NCBI GenBank assembly: GCA_965224245.1
Contig: OZ245046.1
Span: 128,001 to 192,000, forward strand
Length of the DNA: 64,000 nucleotides
Source: Candidatus Eiseniibacteriota bacterium
Lineage (GTDB): Bacteria; Eisenbacteria; RBG-16-71-46; CAZAMP01
Reading direction: 5' to 3'
The notes beneath the pieces are model-generated. The model saw only the letters and a program-made list of their open reading frames with translations. It was not told the DNA's origin and did no database searches. The translations under genes and the position numbers were made by a program. Of this stretch, positions 22,227 through 32,650 are shown in pieces (position 1 is the first letter of the stretch; every line of letters starts with the position of its first letter).

Positions 22227-23510
22227 ATGACCGCGTCTCGATCGATCCTTCTCGGGATCGTGCTCTGCGCGCCCGCTTTGACTCACGCTCAGCCGGCGGC
22301 TCGACTCGATTCCGACTCGTTGCGGGCGCATCTCGTCGCCTTCGACGCCGCGCTCGATGCCGCCAACGCGCTCAGCGGCGTCGTTCTCGTCATGCAGGGG
22401 GGAGACGTCGTCCTCCACGAAGGGTTCGGTCTCGCCGACCGCTCTCACGGGGTGCCCAACGGACCCGAGACGCGCTTCTGCATCGCGTCGATCACGAAGA
22501 TCATGACCCGCATCGTCGTGTATCAGCTGCTCCAGGAAGAGCGTCTGCGGCTCGATCAGCCGCTCGCCACGTTCGTCCCCGAGTTTCCGCGCGGCCCGGA
22601 GATCACCGTCGAGGACCTCTTCCGGCACCGCGCCGGGATTCCGCACCGGGTGACGTCGCCATGCGAGACATGCCGGCCGATCGACGCAGAGGGAATGACC
22701 GAGCTTGCGATGAGAGGAACGCTTCTCGTCGAGCCCGGCAGCGAGAGCATCTACTCCAGCGCGGGCTACTCCGTGCTCGCGCGCGTCGTCGAGATGGTGG
22801 AGGGACGGCCCTTCGCGGAGGTGCTGCGACGGCGGATCTTCGAGCCGGCCGGCATGACACGCTCCCTGGACGTCGATGCACGTGTCATCGTCCCGCATCT
22901 CGCGCGTGCCTACATGCCCGGGCGCGACGAGCTCATCAATGCGGCACCGATCGACCCCTCGTACCTGGTCGGTGCCGGGTCGGTCATCTCGACGACCGAC
23001 GATCTGTATCGGTTCCTCGTTGCCTACCGCGACGGCACTCTGGGTGAGGGCGCATGGCAGATGGAGGGTACAGGAGACGTCACATGGACGGGCGCGACGA
23101 ACGGCTACCACGCGTACCTGAGCTACGATCCTGACACCGAGACCGTCTTCGTCTACACGGGGAACAGCTTCGGCGGCGGCGCGGGCAACCTGCACGGCAA
23201 GCTGGACGCGCTGCTCGCCGGGGAGCGCGTGATGCCAGATCCCATCCCCATGACGTCCGGCCCTGTCGATCCAGCACGACTCGCGGGCTACGTCGGCGAG
23301 TACGAGTCGCGGCCCGGGTCGACGATGTCCGTCTCGGTGCGTGCCGGTGAGCTTCTCATCGCCGACTCGGTGGCGCTGCCCCTGTCGGACACGCGGTTCT
23401 TCTTTCAGAACTGGATGCGTGAGCTCGAGTTCGTGCCGGCCGAGAGCGGAGGGTGGGGGCTGCGGAGCGGGGACGACGTATGGCCGTGCGTGTCCACCGG
23501 TGGTCCGTAA
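22227..23510 (+). CDS. Serine hydrolase, beta-lactamase family, secreted
   Basis: FCIASITK, LFRHRAGIP, EPG....YSSAGY; signal peptide; SD GGGAGG. Confidence 0.9.
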   Translation: MTASRSILLGIVLCAPALTHAQPAARLDSDSLRAHLVAFDAALDAANALSGVVLVMQGGDVVLHEGFGLADRSHGVPNGPETRFCIASITKIMTRIVVYQLLQEERLRLDQPLATFVPEFPRGPEITVEDLFRHRAGIPHRVTSPCETCRPIDAEGMTELAMRGTLLVEPGSESIYSSAGYSVLARVVEMVEGRPFAEVLRRRIFEPAGMTRSLDVDARVIVPHLARAYMPGRDELINAAPIDPSYLVGAGSVISTTDDLYRFLVAYRDGTLGEGAWQMEGTGDVTWTGATNGYHAYLSYDPDTETVFVYTGNSFGGGAGNLHGKLDALLAGERVMPDPIPMTSGPVDPARLAGYVGEYESRPGSTMSVSVRAGELLIADSVALPLSDTRFFFQNWMRELEFVPAESGGWGLRSGDDVWPCVSTGGP

Positions 23511-23723
23511 ACGGAGAGACGGCCGCCGCTGCGGATCATGGCTCACGGGCGACGCGCCGTCACCGAAACCGGGCCACCCGACCCCTCTCGACGCCGGACC
23601 GCGTCGTCAGTCGATGATGGAAGACACCGGGATCGACGTCTCTACGTCGTCACGTCCGTTCCAGGTCACCGTATGATGGCCCGCCGGCCATCGGCTCGTC
23701 CACCAGGCGACGAACGATGCGCG

Positions 23724-25187
23724 CTATCGCATGAGCGTCAGCTTTCCTTCGGCTCGGTGGATCGTCCCGGGAAGGGAGGCCCGGTAGAGATACGTGCCGC
23801 TGGCTACATCCAGCCCCGCGTCGTCCTTTCCGTCCCATGCGAAGGTCCAGAGCACGTCGGACTGGCGCAGACTCGAGGATCTTCGTATGCGCCGTCCGCG
23901 CACGTCGAAGATCTCGACCGCTGGTGAGCCGGAGTGTGGACCGCCGATCGTCAGAAGTATGAGCACCCGGTGCGAGAACGGGTTCGCGACGACGCGGGCG
24001 GAGATCCGCGGCGGGTCGGGCGCAAGCGGTACGTCCGACAAAGCCGGTGTGAGGAGGAACGCGTGCCACAGCGAGTCCGGGTTGAAGCCGAAGCCGACGA
24101 TGTCGCCGGACTCGTTGATGCCGGTGGCCTGCGAAAGGGTCCACTGGGGTGACTCGGCGATGAGGCCGTTGAGATCCTCTGCTCCGGCGCCGCGCCAGAT
24201 CGTCGCGTGATCCCGACCGTACATCGGAGGGAGAGTATCGGTCTCCGAGTATCCGACGATGATCCCGGCATCGCTGACGTCGAGAGCGACGCTCAGCTCG
24301 GCACTCGGGAGCGCGCCGAGATCAGCGACTCCGACGGAATCCCAGGCGCAGGCGCGAACGACGACGTCGTCGAGATTCGCCCAGCCCACGATCGTTCCCG
24401 ATGCGCTCACCGCAGTCGCGGTGCTGTTGATGCCACCGAGACCGGTCAACGCGACGACGCCGGAGTCGGTCCACGCCACGGCGAGGGTGGCAGTGCTGTC
24501 AGCGGAGTATCCGACGACGAGCCCATCGTCGTTGATGCCGAGAGCGCGGCTGTTCATCTGCGCGGGACGTCCGGGCAGCACGATCATCCCGTCCCCTGAC
24601 GTCCACAGAAAGGCTCGCTCGGAAGAGGTGGAGTCGACATGTGTGTATCCAACGACTGCGCCGGTCTCGTTCACGTCGAACGCTTCGGATCGCGCTCCCC
24701 CGATTCGTCCAAGCGGGGTCACGGTGCCATCGCCGGACCACATTACCGCCTCGACGTCGTCACCGACCATCGACATCCCCACCAGGACATCGCCGTTGTT
24801 GACGGCTCGGGCGAGGCTGGGGACGCCGATGACCGCAGCATCGGCGGGCCTCAGAGGTTCGGTGCCGGAGGCCCAGGACACCGCACGGTGATACGTGCTG
24901 TCGTGCGTGGCGAATCCCACGATCACTCCGAGATCGCTGATGTCGAGCGCCGCGCTGCCGGTCGGGCCGAGGACCCCGGGAACGGTGAGGGGAGTCCCGA
25001 TCTCTCCGAGATCGAGCACGACGAACTCCTCGGCCGTAGCCGTCAAGGCGGATATGAGGATTGCAGTTACCGGTCCGGCGGCGAACGCCGTCGGCGAGCA
25101 TGGCTGGAGTCTCCCCGGCCGCCGTCGTGCGGCCGAGCGTGTTCGGCTGCCGCGAACGGTCGCGGTGATGTGCGCGCTAGGATCCAT
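23724..25187 (-). CDS. Secreted HAF-family repeat protein with FlgD-Ig CTD
   Basis: Repeated A..(I/V)N..G.IVG; RAFLW and HAFLL; CTD WDGKDDAG..VASGTYLYR...KLTLMR. Confidence 0.88.
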   Translation of the reverse strand: MDPSAHITATVRGSRTRSAARRRPGRLQPCSPTAFAAGPVTAILISALTATAEEFVVLDLGEIGTPLTVPGVLGPTGSAALDISDLGVIVGFATHDSTYHRAVSWASGTEPLRPADAAVIGVPSLARAVNNGDVLVGMSMVGDDVEAVMWSGDGTVTPLGRIGGARSEAFDVNETGAVVGYTHVDSTSSERAFLWTSGDGMIVLPGRPAQMNSRALGINDDGLVVGYSADSTATLAVAWTDSGVVALTGLGGINSTATAVSASGTIVGWANLDDVVVRACAWDSVGVADLGALPSAELSVALDVSDAGIIVGYSETDTLPPMYGRDHATIWRGAGAEDLNGLIAESPQWTLSQATGINESGDIVGFGFNPDSLWHAFLLTPALSDVPLAPDPPRISARVVANPFSHRVLILLTIGGPHSGSPAVEIFDVRGRRIRRSSSLRQSDVLWTFAWDGKDDAGLDVASGTYLYRASLPGTIHRAEGKLTLMR

Positions 25188-26718
25188 CGGGATCGATCAC
25201 GTCGTCCCACGCCTGGAGGACCAACGGATTGCCGAGGTTGATGGTTCGGTCATAGGGCTCCACATGCCGAGTGGAGAGCGTGTCCCATAGAGCTGCGCTC
25301 GCGATGGGATCGAGAACCGAGTCGGGGGCTGTGCCGAGGTGGTGGGCCCAGAGGTTCACCCTGAATTCATGCGGAGCCCACAGGCGGGCGCACGAATCAC
25401 TGCCCTGATCCACGAATCCAACGACGGCCTCTGAGTCGTGTGTGAAGCTCCGACGGTTGGTGTTGGCCGAGCCGATGATCGCGTACTGATCATCGAAGAC
25501 CCAGGTCTTCGAGTGTACGTAGCTGTGATTGCTGCCCGGATTCCTCGGATTGTAGACCTTGACCTTGCTCCCCCCCGGTGCGGCCACGAGGTGGTCGATG
25601 AGCTCCTTTCGTTTGCGCGCTCCGCCCGGTACGTCGCAGAGACGAGAGTGGGGCACGAGCACGATCAGCTGCTCGAAGCCCGGCTTTGCCAGTGCGACCT
25701 TGATTGCCGCCTCCACGTCGATGCCCGTCGCGACCGTCGGCGCGGTGGGAAAGAAGTACTGATCCTCGACGTAGATGCACCTCTCGGCTGCGACGATGCC
25801 CGCGATGATCATGCGGGCGGCATCTTGCTCGCCGTTCGGTGCGAAGGCGTAGCCTTTGGTTCCGGTGAGCCCGTCGAATGCGATTCCACGCCGGCGCTTG
25901 CCGTTGCCGTACGTGGTTCCCACCTGAACCCAGTGCACGGCCCCTTCGACGGGGTCTGGAATGCCGGTGTTCGTCCCTCGCAGAGCCGATTGTCCTTGGG
26001 GGTGATCAGCCCAGCGCTGGAGGAAGATCCGGAGGAGATCGCCGGCTGCGGGCCCCCGTACGCTACAGTGCACGTCGTGAAACGGTGCGCCGGGTGTCGA
26101 TCCATGCTTGTTGTGGGACACGCCACGGGGCCAGATGCGGTCGGGATTGATGTCGATCCCCCCGCAAAACCCCACCAGATCCCGTTCGTCTCCGTCGACG
26201 GTACCCACGACCAAGAGCTTCTGGTGATGGGAACCAACGTAGAGCGTTCGGCTGTCGATGATCGCGGCGCCTGTGAAGAGCGCATCGATCCGTTTTGCAG
26301 CCGAGTTGTTCTGCGTAATCGGCATCAGCTGGTCCCAGAACATCGCACGGATCTCGACCCCGACGCGCGACAGGTCGCTGAGCGTACGGTTGAGCCAGCT
26401 CGGTCGCCCCGGCCGCAGCTGAAAGCGATCGTCAACCCACCAGTTTGCCAGGTACACGTAGTCCTGGACGTTGTTGGCCCGACGCATCTCGTCGTACATC
26501 GCACTGAAGGCGTCGGCGGCGTCGATGTATGGTGTGACGACGTTGCCCTGGCGGAGGTTCGGCATTCCAGCACCGGTGTTGAACCAGCGCAAGACTTGCG
26601 TCTCGGTGAGAAGTGAGTCGCCGTTCGTACGAAAGACGCCGGCGCTCTGCGCGTTTGCCTCCCTCGGGACGACGGCGACCGAGGCCCACAGAGAGCAAAC
26701 TATCGAGAAGGATCTCAT
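25177..26718 (-). CDS. Secreted phospholipase D superfamily protein
   Basis: SHHQKLLVV...GGID, PFHDVH, IYVEDQYF, YVHSKTWVFDD....IGSAN.N.RS; signal peptide ending ANA. Confidence 0.9.
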   Translation of the reverse strand: MRSFSIVCSLWASVAVVPREANAQSAGVFRTNGDSLLTETQVLRWFNTGAGMPNLRQGNVVTPYIDAADAFSAMYDEMRRANNVQDYVYLANWWVDDRFQLRPGRPSWLNRTLSDLSRVGVEIRAMFWDQLMPITQNNSAAKRIDALFTGAAIIDSRTLYVGSHHQKLLVVGTVDGDERDLVGFCGGIDINPDRIWPRGVSHNKHGSTPGAPFHDVHCSVRGPAAGDLLRIFLQRWADHPQGQSALRGTNTGIPDPVEGAVHWVQVGTTYGNGKRRRGIAFDGLTGTKGYAFAPNGEQDAARMIIAGIVAAERCIYVEDQYFFPTAPTVATGIDVEAAIKVALAKPGFEQLIVLVPHSRLCDVPGGARKRKELIDHLVAAPGGSKVKVYNPRNPGSNHSYVHSKTWVFDDQYAIIGSANTNRRSFTHDSEAVVGFVDQGSDSCARLWAPHEFRVNLWAHHLGTAPDSVLDPIASAALWDTLSTRHVEPYDRTINLGNPLVLQAWDDVIDPDGS

Positions 26719-26903
26719 CCAGCGGTGCTCGGCGCGCAAGGGACGACCTCACGATCGGCTGGACACGGGTGAGAAAGCACGAGTCTAGCATGGACCGATG
26801 ACGCAGGGTGGCGAGGCAGGCCGTGTCGTGGGACCCACGCATGTCCGCGGTGCACTGGGATGGCGACGTCGGGCGGGAGGCATGCACCACCCGCCCGACG
26901 ATC

Positions 26904-27494
26904 TCAGCGCGAGACGACCACCCTCAACGCGGGCCTGGCGGACCGCTCGGTGCGCACGAAGTAGACACCGGGCGGGACCCGTCGACCGGCATGGTCTCTG
27001 AGGTCCCACACGATCGTCTGTTCGGAGACGGCCACGTCCGGCTGCCAGCCGCGCACGAAACGGCCCGTCACGTCGAACACGCGGACGGCCGAGCCGTCCC
27101 AGCCCGCGAGACGGAGCGACAGCATCGATCGCGCGGGCTGCGGCCACGCGGTGAGCGCGGGAGGCGCGACGGCCTCGATGTCGACGTCCAGCAGGTCGTC
27201 GCTGACGATGACGTCCTCCACGTACTGGACCCGGTAGTCGTTCACGCGGATCTCGAGGTCGTAGGTACCCGGATCGACGTCCTCGATGCAGAACTCACCG
27301 GCCGCATCGGTGGCGGCATGCCATCCGGTGTAGGTACCGGCGTCCGTCCTCACGAAGACGCCGGCGCTCGCGACGGGCAACGTGGTCTGCACGTCGCGGA
27401 CGGTTCCACACAACGTGCCCGCCCGGGCCGCGCCCCAACCGAGGGCGAGCGCGGTCGCGAGCAGCGTGCCGAGGTATCGCGTCAGCGCCTTCAC
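26904..27494 (-). CDS. Secreted carboxypeptidase-regulatory-like domain protein with FlgD-Ig CTD
   Basis: GTLCGTVRD...TDAAGEF.I..V.PGTY; C-terminus VFDVTGR.VR...WD.RD.AG..VPPGVYFVR. Confidence 0.82.
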   Translation of the reverse strand: MKALTRYLGTLLATALALGWGAARAGTLCGTVRDVQTTLPVASAGVFVRTDAGTYTGWHAATDAAGEFCIEDVDPGTYDLEIRVNDYRVQYVEDVIVSDDLLDVDIEAVAPPALTAWPQPARSMLSLRLAGWDGSAVRVFDVTGRFVRGWQPDVAVSEQTIVWDLRDHAGRRVPPGVYFVRTERSARPALRVVVSR

Positions 27495-27811
27495 GACGCC
27501 ACCCCGCCGAACGAGACGATGGTCTGGGTCGTTCCCGCGGGACCCGAGGCCGTCAGCTCGTGGATTCCCACGGGTACGTCCTCGATGGTGTAGTCGCCGA
27601 CGTCGTCGGTGATGCCGACGTACGACGTGCCCTGCACGTAGACGATCGTGTTGCGGCGAACGGATGCGCTCTCACGAGTGACGTTTCCGGTCATCGTGCC
27701 CGTGGGGACGAGATCGATGTCGACGAACGTGGTCTCGGCCTCGGCGAGGGACATCACGGCGAGCGTGAGTATCGGGGCCAGGCAGCGACCCCAGGGCAAT
27801 CCGCGGTACAT
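27491..27811 (-). CDS. Small secreted carboxypeptidase-regulatory-like domain protein
   Basis: SD GGAGGAG; signal peptide; TDDVGDYTIEDVPVG; GTGA overlap with the next gene. Confidence 0.65.
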   Translation of the reverse strand: MYRGLPWGRCLAPILTLAVMSLAEAETTFVDIDLVPTGTMTGNVTRESASVRRNTIVYVQGTSYVGITDDVGDYTIEDVPVGIHELTASGPAGTTQTIVSFGGVAS

Positions 27812-28225
27812 GACTCCTCCAGTCAAATCGATGCCCCGGCGCAAGCGGCGGGGGCGTGTACGACTTGGGTCCGGCCTGGCCAGATCCGGGCTCCTCGGAG
27901 TCCGACCTGAGGTGCCGCCGGGTTCGATGGGCGGATTCGGCACCGCCCGCTCTCTTCAGGAGGAAACGAGAAAGGTGCCCGATCACCGCCAAGAAAGGAG
28001 TCCGGAGGGCTCGGGACACGGGGTCTCGAGCCGGAGCCGGGGCGCGTGAGGCGAGATGGCGACCCGACGTCGCGCACGAGAGGTGCATGCATCCGCGTGG
28101 CCCGCTAGAATCAGACCTCTGGACGTCCCGGGGCTCGAGATGCTGAGGTCGCAACGTCAATCGGACCAACGGGTTCGAGCTCTCGGGGTCCGCTGGGCCG
28201 ACGTCCGCGAACACGGGAGAACGGC

Positions 28226-28909
28226 ATGAGGGTCGATCACGTGACCGTGGCGATGATCCTGCTCGCGTCCAGTGTGGCTCCAGCCGAGAAGGTCCGCTTC
28301 GAGGGGTCTCCCCACGACCTGGTCACCGACTGTGTGACGAATGGGTACGAATCATACCCGCCGGCGGACGGTGGGTGGATCGTCCCCTGCGATCCGGTCG
28401 GAGTCCGCTTCGGACCGCTCGCCATCGAGCCCGATCCCGATCGCATCACCGACGTCGTGGTCGAGGTCGAGATGCAGCACACCTGGGTCGGGGATCTCAG
28501 GATGACCCTTCAGTACGATCTCGACTGCGACGGCATCTCCGAGAAGGACGCGCTGTTCATGTGTCGCATCGCTCTCGACGGCTGTGACCCCGAGGGTTGC
28601 TGCGGGTGCTCCGGAGATCTCGGCGGCACGTACCGGTTCACCGACGACGCGGCCGTCGCATCGCTCGAGGAGATCGACTGCCGTGCCCCCATCCCGCCCG
28701 GGTGCTACCGACAGGACGACGACGCTGCGGCGGAGGGGTTGCAGACTCTGGAAGGTGAGCCGACGTCCGGGTGCTTCTGGCTCTACGTCCAGGATGGGGG
28801 ATGCGGCGACTCGGGCACGATCTTCAGCTGGACGGTGCACCTCGAGAACGAGCCGGCGTCGACGCCCATGGAAGAGGCGAGCTGGGGCGCGATCAAGGCC
28901 CGCTACTAG
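28226..28909 (+). CDS. Secreted proprotein-convertase P-domain protein, Cys-rich, C-terminal SWGAIKARY tail
   Basis: ITDVVV.VEMQHTWVGDL.MTL...W.L.VQD...GDSGTI.SW. Confidence 0.85.
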   Translation: MRVDHVTVAMILLASSVAPAEKVRFEGSPHDLVTDCVTNGYESYPPADGGWIVPCDPVGVRFGPLAIEPDPDRITDVVVEVEMQHTWVGDLRMTLQYDLDCDGISEKDALFMCRIALDGCDPEGCCGCSGDLGGTYRFTDDAAVASLEEIDCRAPIPPGCYRQDDDAAAEGLQTLEGEPTSGCFWLYVQDGGCGDSGTIFSWTVHLENEPASTPMEEASWGAIKARY

Positions 28910-29120
28910 GCCGCGGGCGTGCTTCGACGACGAGGCACACATGGGCCGCGGGCCCGTTGCACGACCGGAGAGACGCGAGACGGCTCGCGCGTCCGCCACG
29001 AAGCAGCACTCGCGGCGGATGATAGGTTCACAGGTCACATTTCGGATTGATGAGTGCCGACCTGCATGAGCAGGCGCACTCGTGACCGAGACAGCCAACG
29101 AGGAGCCTTCCGGACGCCCG

Positions 29121-32100
29121 ATGTCTAGCAGCTGCAACACGATGAACTTGATCGCGCTGGGAGTCGCACTGGCGTCCCACGGACTCGCCACGATCGCGAG
29201 CACGGCTGACTTCGAGGTCGAGGTGGTGGAGACCGTCCCAGATCTCTTCAGGTCCTGGACCGCGATCGCGATCGACTCCCAGGGCCGTCCGCACGTCGCC
29301 TACACCTCATTCGAGAGCGATGGCACGGGAAGCGACGTCAAGTATGGAGTTCGAACATTCCCCGGCTGGCAGCTGGAGTTCCTCGGCGATGATACCAGCA
29401 CCGGCACGAGTCGGGTGTCGCTGGCTCTCGATGCAGAAGACGATCCGCACATCGCCTACGTCGGCATATACGCGCCGATCAATCACGGCGTCATTCATGC
29501 CGAGCGGCCCACCGGCGCCTGGAACCTCGAGTGGGTGGACAGCAGGCCATTCGGTGGCTACTCGTTCGACCTGGCGGGCATCGAGATCGACGAGAATGGA
29601 AAGCTGCACGTACTGAGCGACCAGGCCAATCGACCCCATTCCCTCTGGTACTCGAGCAAGGTTCCCGGCGGGTCGTGGACGGTCGAGCTGGAGCTCGACA
29701 GCAACGGTGCGGCCGCGATAGCGCTGGGTAGCGACGAGAAGCCTCGGTTTCTCTACGCACAGTATCCCGGGCCCGAGTACTTCACCTATCCCGATCCCGA
29801 CACACCGGGCTCCTGGTTCACGCAGAGCATCGGGTACAGCGCCCTCGACGCGAACGTGCGCCTCGCCATGGACGGAACGTCGATTGCGTACGGGCTGGGA
29901 TACGAGCAGGGCTCCGACGACCTCCTCTTCGCGCGCAGAATGGGGACGTGGTCCGTCGACGTCGTCACGAACGTCGGCCAGGTCGAGACCGGAGGCGGAA
30001 AGTCCGAAATCGCCGTCGACGGTGGCGGCGTGGTGCACATCGCCTTCTACGACGGGGCTCAGCAGGATCTGCGGTACGGGCGATGGGACGGTAGCTCGTG
30101 GGAGCTGCAGACCGTCGCGTCGGCCGGCGACGTCGGGAACTACTGCTCGATCGCGGTCGATCCCTGGGACCAGCCGCACATCAGCTTCTGGGACGAGACG
30201 TCCAAGAGCATCGGCTATGCCGGCGTCCACGACTGCGACCACGACGGCGTGTCCGACGCCGACGAGATCGCGGCCGGGACCGCCTTCGACTGCAACGGCA
30301 ACGGGATCCCCGACGAGTGTGACGTCCTGACCGGGGCCGCGGAGGATTGCAACGGGAACGGGCTCGCCGATTCGTGCGAGACCGACTGCAACGCGAACGG
30401 CGTGCCGGATGATTGCGACATCGCCGGCGGCACGTCACAGGACTGCAACGGCGACGGTGTTCCCGACGAGTGCGAGCCCGACTGTGACGGCGACGGCGTT
30501 CCGGATGCCTGCGATACGTTCGAGGATTGCAACATGAACGGGGTGCCCGACGAGTGCGACATCGCCGACGGCACGTCCTACGACTGCAACATCAACGGCA
30601 TCCCGGACGAGTGTGACGGGCTGCCCGACTGCAACGAGAACGGCGTTCCCGATCGGTGCGACATTCTCGACGGCACGTCCGACGACTGCGATTTCGACGA
30701 CGTCCCGGACGAGTGTCAGGCGTCGTACGCCGACTGCAACGGAAACGGCATCTTCGATCGCTGCGACATCGAGGATGGGACGTCCCTGGACTGCAACGTC
30801 AACCTCACACCGGACGAGTGTGACCTCGTGGATGGGTACACCGATTGCGATCTCGATGGGGTGATCGACGTCTGCAACCTCGTGCTGAAGCTCGAGCTGG
30901 GTGGTGCCTCGGCCGGCAACTACTTCGGATCGGCGATCGCGAGCGGGGACATGAACGGCGACGGACTCCCGGACCTCATGGTCGGAGCCCCGGGCTTCGG
31001 GGCCAGGCTCGTGTACGTCTACCTCGGCGGCGAGCCGATGGACGACGTGCCCGACCTGGAGCTGAGCGGCACCGGCGCGACGTTCGGCACGGCGATCGCG
31101 GTGGGAGACTTCAACGCGGACACCTACGACGACGTCGCCGTGGGGGCTCCCCACTCGGGCTCCGGAGCCAAGCGCGTGTACGTGTTCCTCGGCTCATCGG
31201 TTCCCGACGCGTCCGCCGACGTCGTCATCAGCGCAGGCACGAGCGGAGCCAACAACGAGTTCGGCGCGGCGCTGGCGGCGGTGAACGTGAACGGGGACGC
31301 GAACATGGATCTGGCGGTGGGGGTGCCCGCGAACGGGAACGCCCACGTCCGGATCTATCTCGGCGACGACTTGACGAGCACGTGGGCGACGCTCACCGGC
31401 GCGGGCACCAGCGACGAGTTCGGCGCGTCGGTCGGAAACGCCGGTGACGTGGATGGAGACGGACTCGAGGACGTCGTGGTCGGGGAGTTCGAGAGCGACG
31501 TGCCGGGCTTCCCCGCGGCCGGACGCGCGCATCTGTTCCTCTCGCAGCCCGGCGGGACGCCGGTACCGGGCCCGGAGTACCTCGGCGAGGCCGCGGGATC
31601 CCGCTTCGGCTACACGGTCTCGGGCGCGGGGGACGTGAACGACGACGGCTTCGCCGACGTGGTGGTGGGGGCTCCGTATCACGCCACGTCCGTCAGAGGG
31701 GCCGCGTTCCTCTACCTGGGCGACGTGGTGCCCGACGCCACGGTGGATCTCATGATCGAGGGCATCGACTGGTTCGATCCCATCGGGGGCACGGTCGGGC
31801 CGGCCGGTGACGTGAACGGCGACGGCATCGACGACTTCCTGGTGGGAGTCGGTCTGGGTGGCTTCGGTGACGGGCTCGCGCACCTGTACTTCGGGGGCGA
31901 CGACCTCGACGCCGAGAGCGAGAGGGTGTTCTTCGCGCCGCTCTCGTACGACGGCGTGGGCTCGGTGGGACCGCTCGGAGACATCGACGGGGACGGATAC
32001 CCCGAGTTCGTGGTCGGAGGACCGGAGCACGACGTGCAGCGCGGTCGCGTGATGATCTTCGACATCGACATTCCGGACTTCGGGGACTGCAACGACAACG

Positions 32101-32489
32101 GGGAGCCCGATGCCTGTGACATCTCCGGCGGTGCGTCCTTCGACGTGAACGAGGACGGCATTCCGGACGAGTGTCAGGCGCTATCCACCGAGACCGGATC
32201 CTCGACGTCGCTTCGAACACGCCTCATCGGTGCATCCCCGGCGCCATTCAATCCGGCCGCGCACATCGAGTACGAGCTGGCCGACGCGGTCGGCGTCGTG
32301 CTTCACGTGTTCGACGTGAGTGGACGTCGCGTGGCCCGGGTCGACGCCGGACATCGAGCTCCAGGGCGCCACACACTCATCTGGAGCGGTCGCGGCGACG
32401 ACGGACGAGCGCTCCCCAGCGGCACGTACTTCCTGTCACTCGAGCTGGGTCGCGATCGGTTCCGGACACGGCTCGTCCTTCTGCGGTAG
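29121..32489 (+). CDS. Large secreted multidomain protein: beta-propeller, Cys-rich DCNxNGxPDxC repeats, FG-GAP propeller, FlgD-Ig CTD
   Basis: IA.D..G.PH(I/V)AY repeats; about 15 DC(N/D)xxGxxDxC units; GD.NGDG..D..VG repeats; C-terminus RLVLLR. Start uncertain (29082/29121/29142). Confidence 0.88.
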   Translation: MSSSCNTMNLIALGVALASHGLATIASTADFEVEVVETVPDLFRSWTAIAIDSQGRPHVAYTSFESDGTGSDVKYGVRTFPGWQLEFLGDDTSTGTSRVSLALDAEDDPHIAYVGIYAPINHGVIHAERPTGAWNLEWVDSRPFGGYSFDLAGIEIDENGKLHVLSDQANRPHSLWYSSKVPGGSWTVELELDSNGAAAIALGSDEKPRFLYAQYPGPEYFTYPDPDTPGSWFTQSIGYSALDANVRLAMDGTSIAYGLGYEQGSDDLLFARRMGTWSVDVVTNVGQVETGGGKSEIAVDGGGVVHIAFYDGAQQDLRYGRWDGSSWELQTVASAGDVGNYCSIAVDPWDQPHISFWDETSKSIGYAGVHDCDHDGVSDADEIAAGTAFDCNGNGIPDECDVLTGAAEDCNGNGLADSCETDCNANGVPDDCDIAGGTSQDCNGDGVPDECEPDCDGDGVPDACDTFEDCNMNGVPDECDIADGTSYDCNINGIPDECDGLPDCNENGVPDRCDILDGTSDDCDFDDVPDECQASYADCNGNGIFDRCDIEDGTSLDCNVNLTPDECDLVDGYTDCDLDGVIDVCNLVLKLELGGASAGNYFGSAIASGDMNGDGLPDLMVGAPGFGARLVYVYLGGEPMDDVPDLELSGTGATFGTAIAVGDFNADTYDDVAVGAPHSGSGAKRVYVFLGSSVPDASADVVISAGTSGANNEFGAALAAVNVNGDANMDLAVGVPANGNAHVRIYLGDDLTSTWATLTGAGTSDEFGASVGNAGDVDGDGLEDVVVGEFESDVPGFPAAGRAHLFLSQPGGTPVPGPEYLGEAAGSRFGYTVSGAGDVNDDGFADVVVGAPYHATSVRGAAFLYLGDVVPDATVDLMIEGIDWFDPIGGTVGPAGDVNGDGIDDFLVGVGLGGFGDGLAHLYFGGDDLDAESERVFFAPLSYDGVGSVGPLGDIDGDGYPEFVVGGPEHDVQRGRVMIFDIDIPDFGDCNDNGEPDACDISGGASFDVNEDGIPDECQALSTETGSSTSLRTRLIGASPAPFNPAAHIEYELADAVGVVLHVFDVSGRRVARVDAGHRAPGRHTLIWSGRGDDGRALPSGTYFLSLELGRDRFRTRLVLLR
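30231..30880 (+). repeat. Intragenic tandem array of 13 Cys/Asp-rich units (GACTGCAAC...GACGAGTG)
   Basis: Visible at DNA and protein level. Confidence 0.85.
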
Positions 32490-32650
32490 GACGGTCAGGC
32501 GCCGCTCTCTGGTAGGCTGGCGGCCGTCGGCTGTCGGCGAGGACTTCCTCGACGGGGTATGAGCGCACGATCTCCCGGTGTGGGCAGGTTACAATTGGAG
32601 TCACGACCGCCTGCTCCGACGAACCGGACACTACGACATCCGGAGACTCC

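Noticed and set aside
30231-30880. Regularly spaced GACTGCAAC repeats as a possible CRISPR array
   Set aside because: In-frame coding repeats with synonymous variation; no cas genes in the window.
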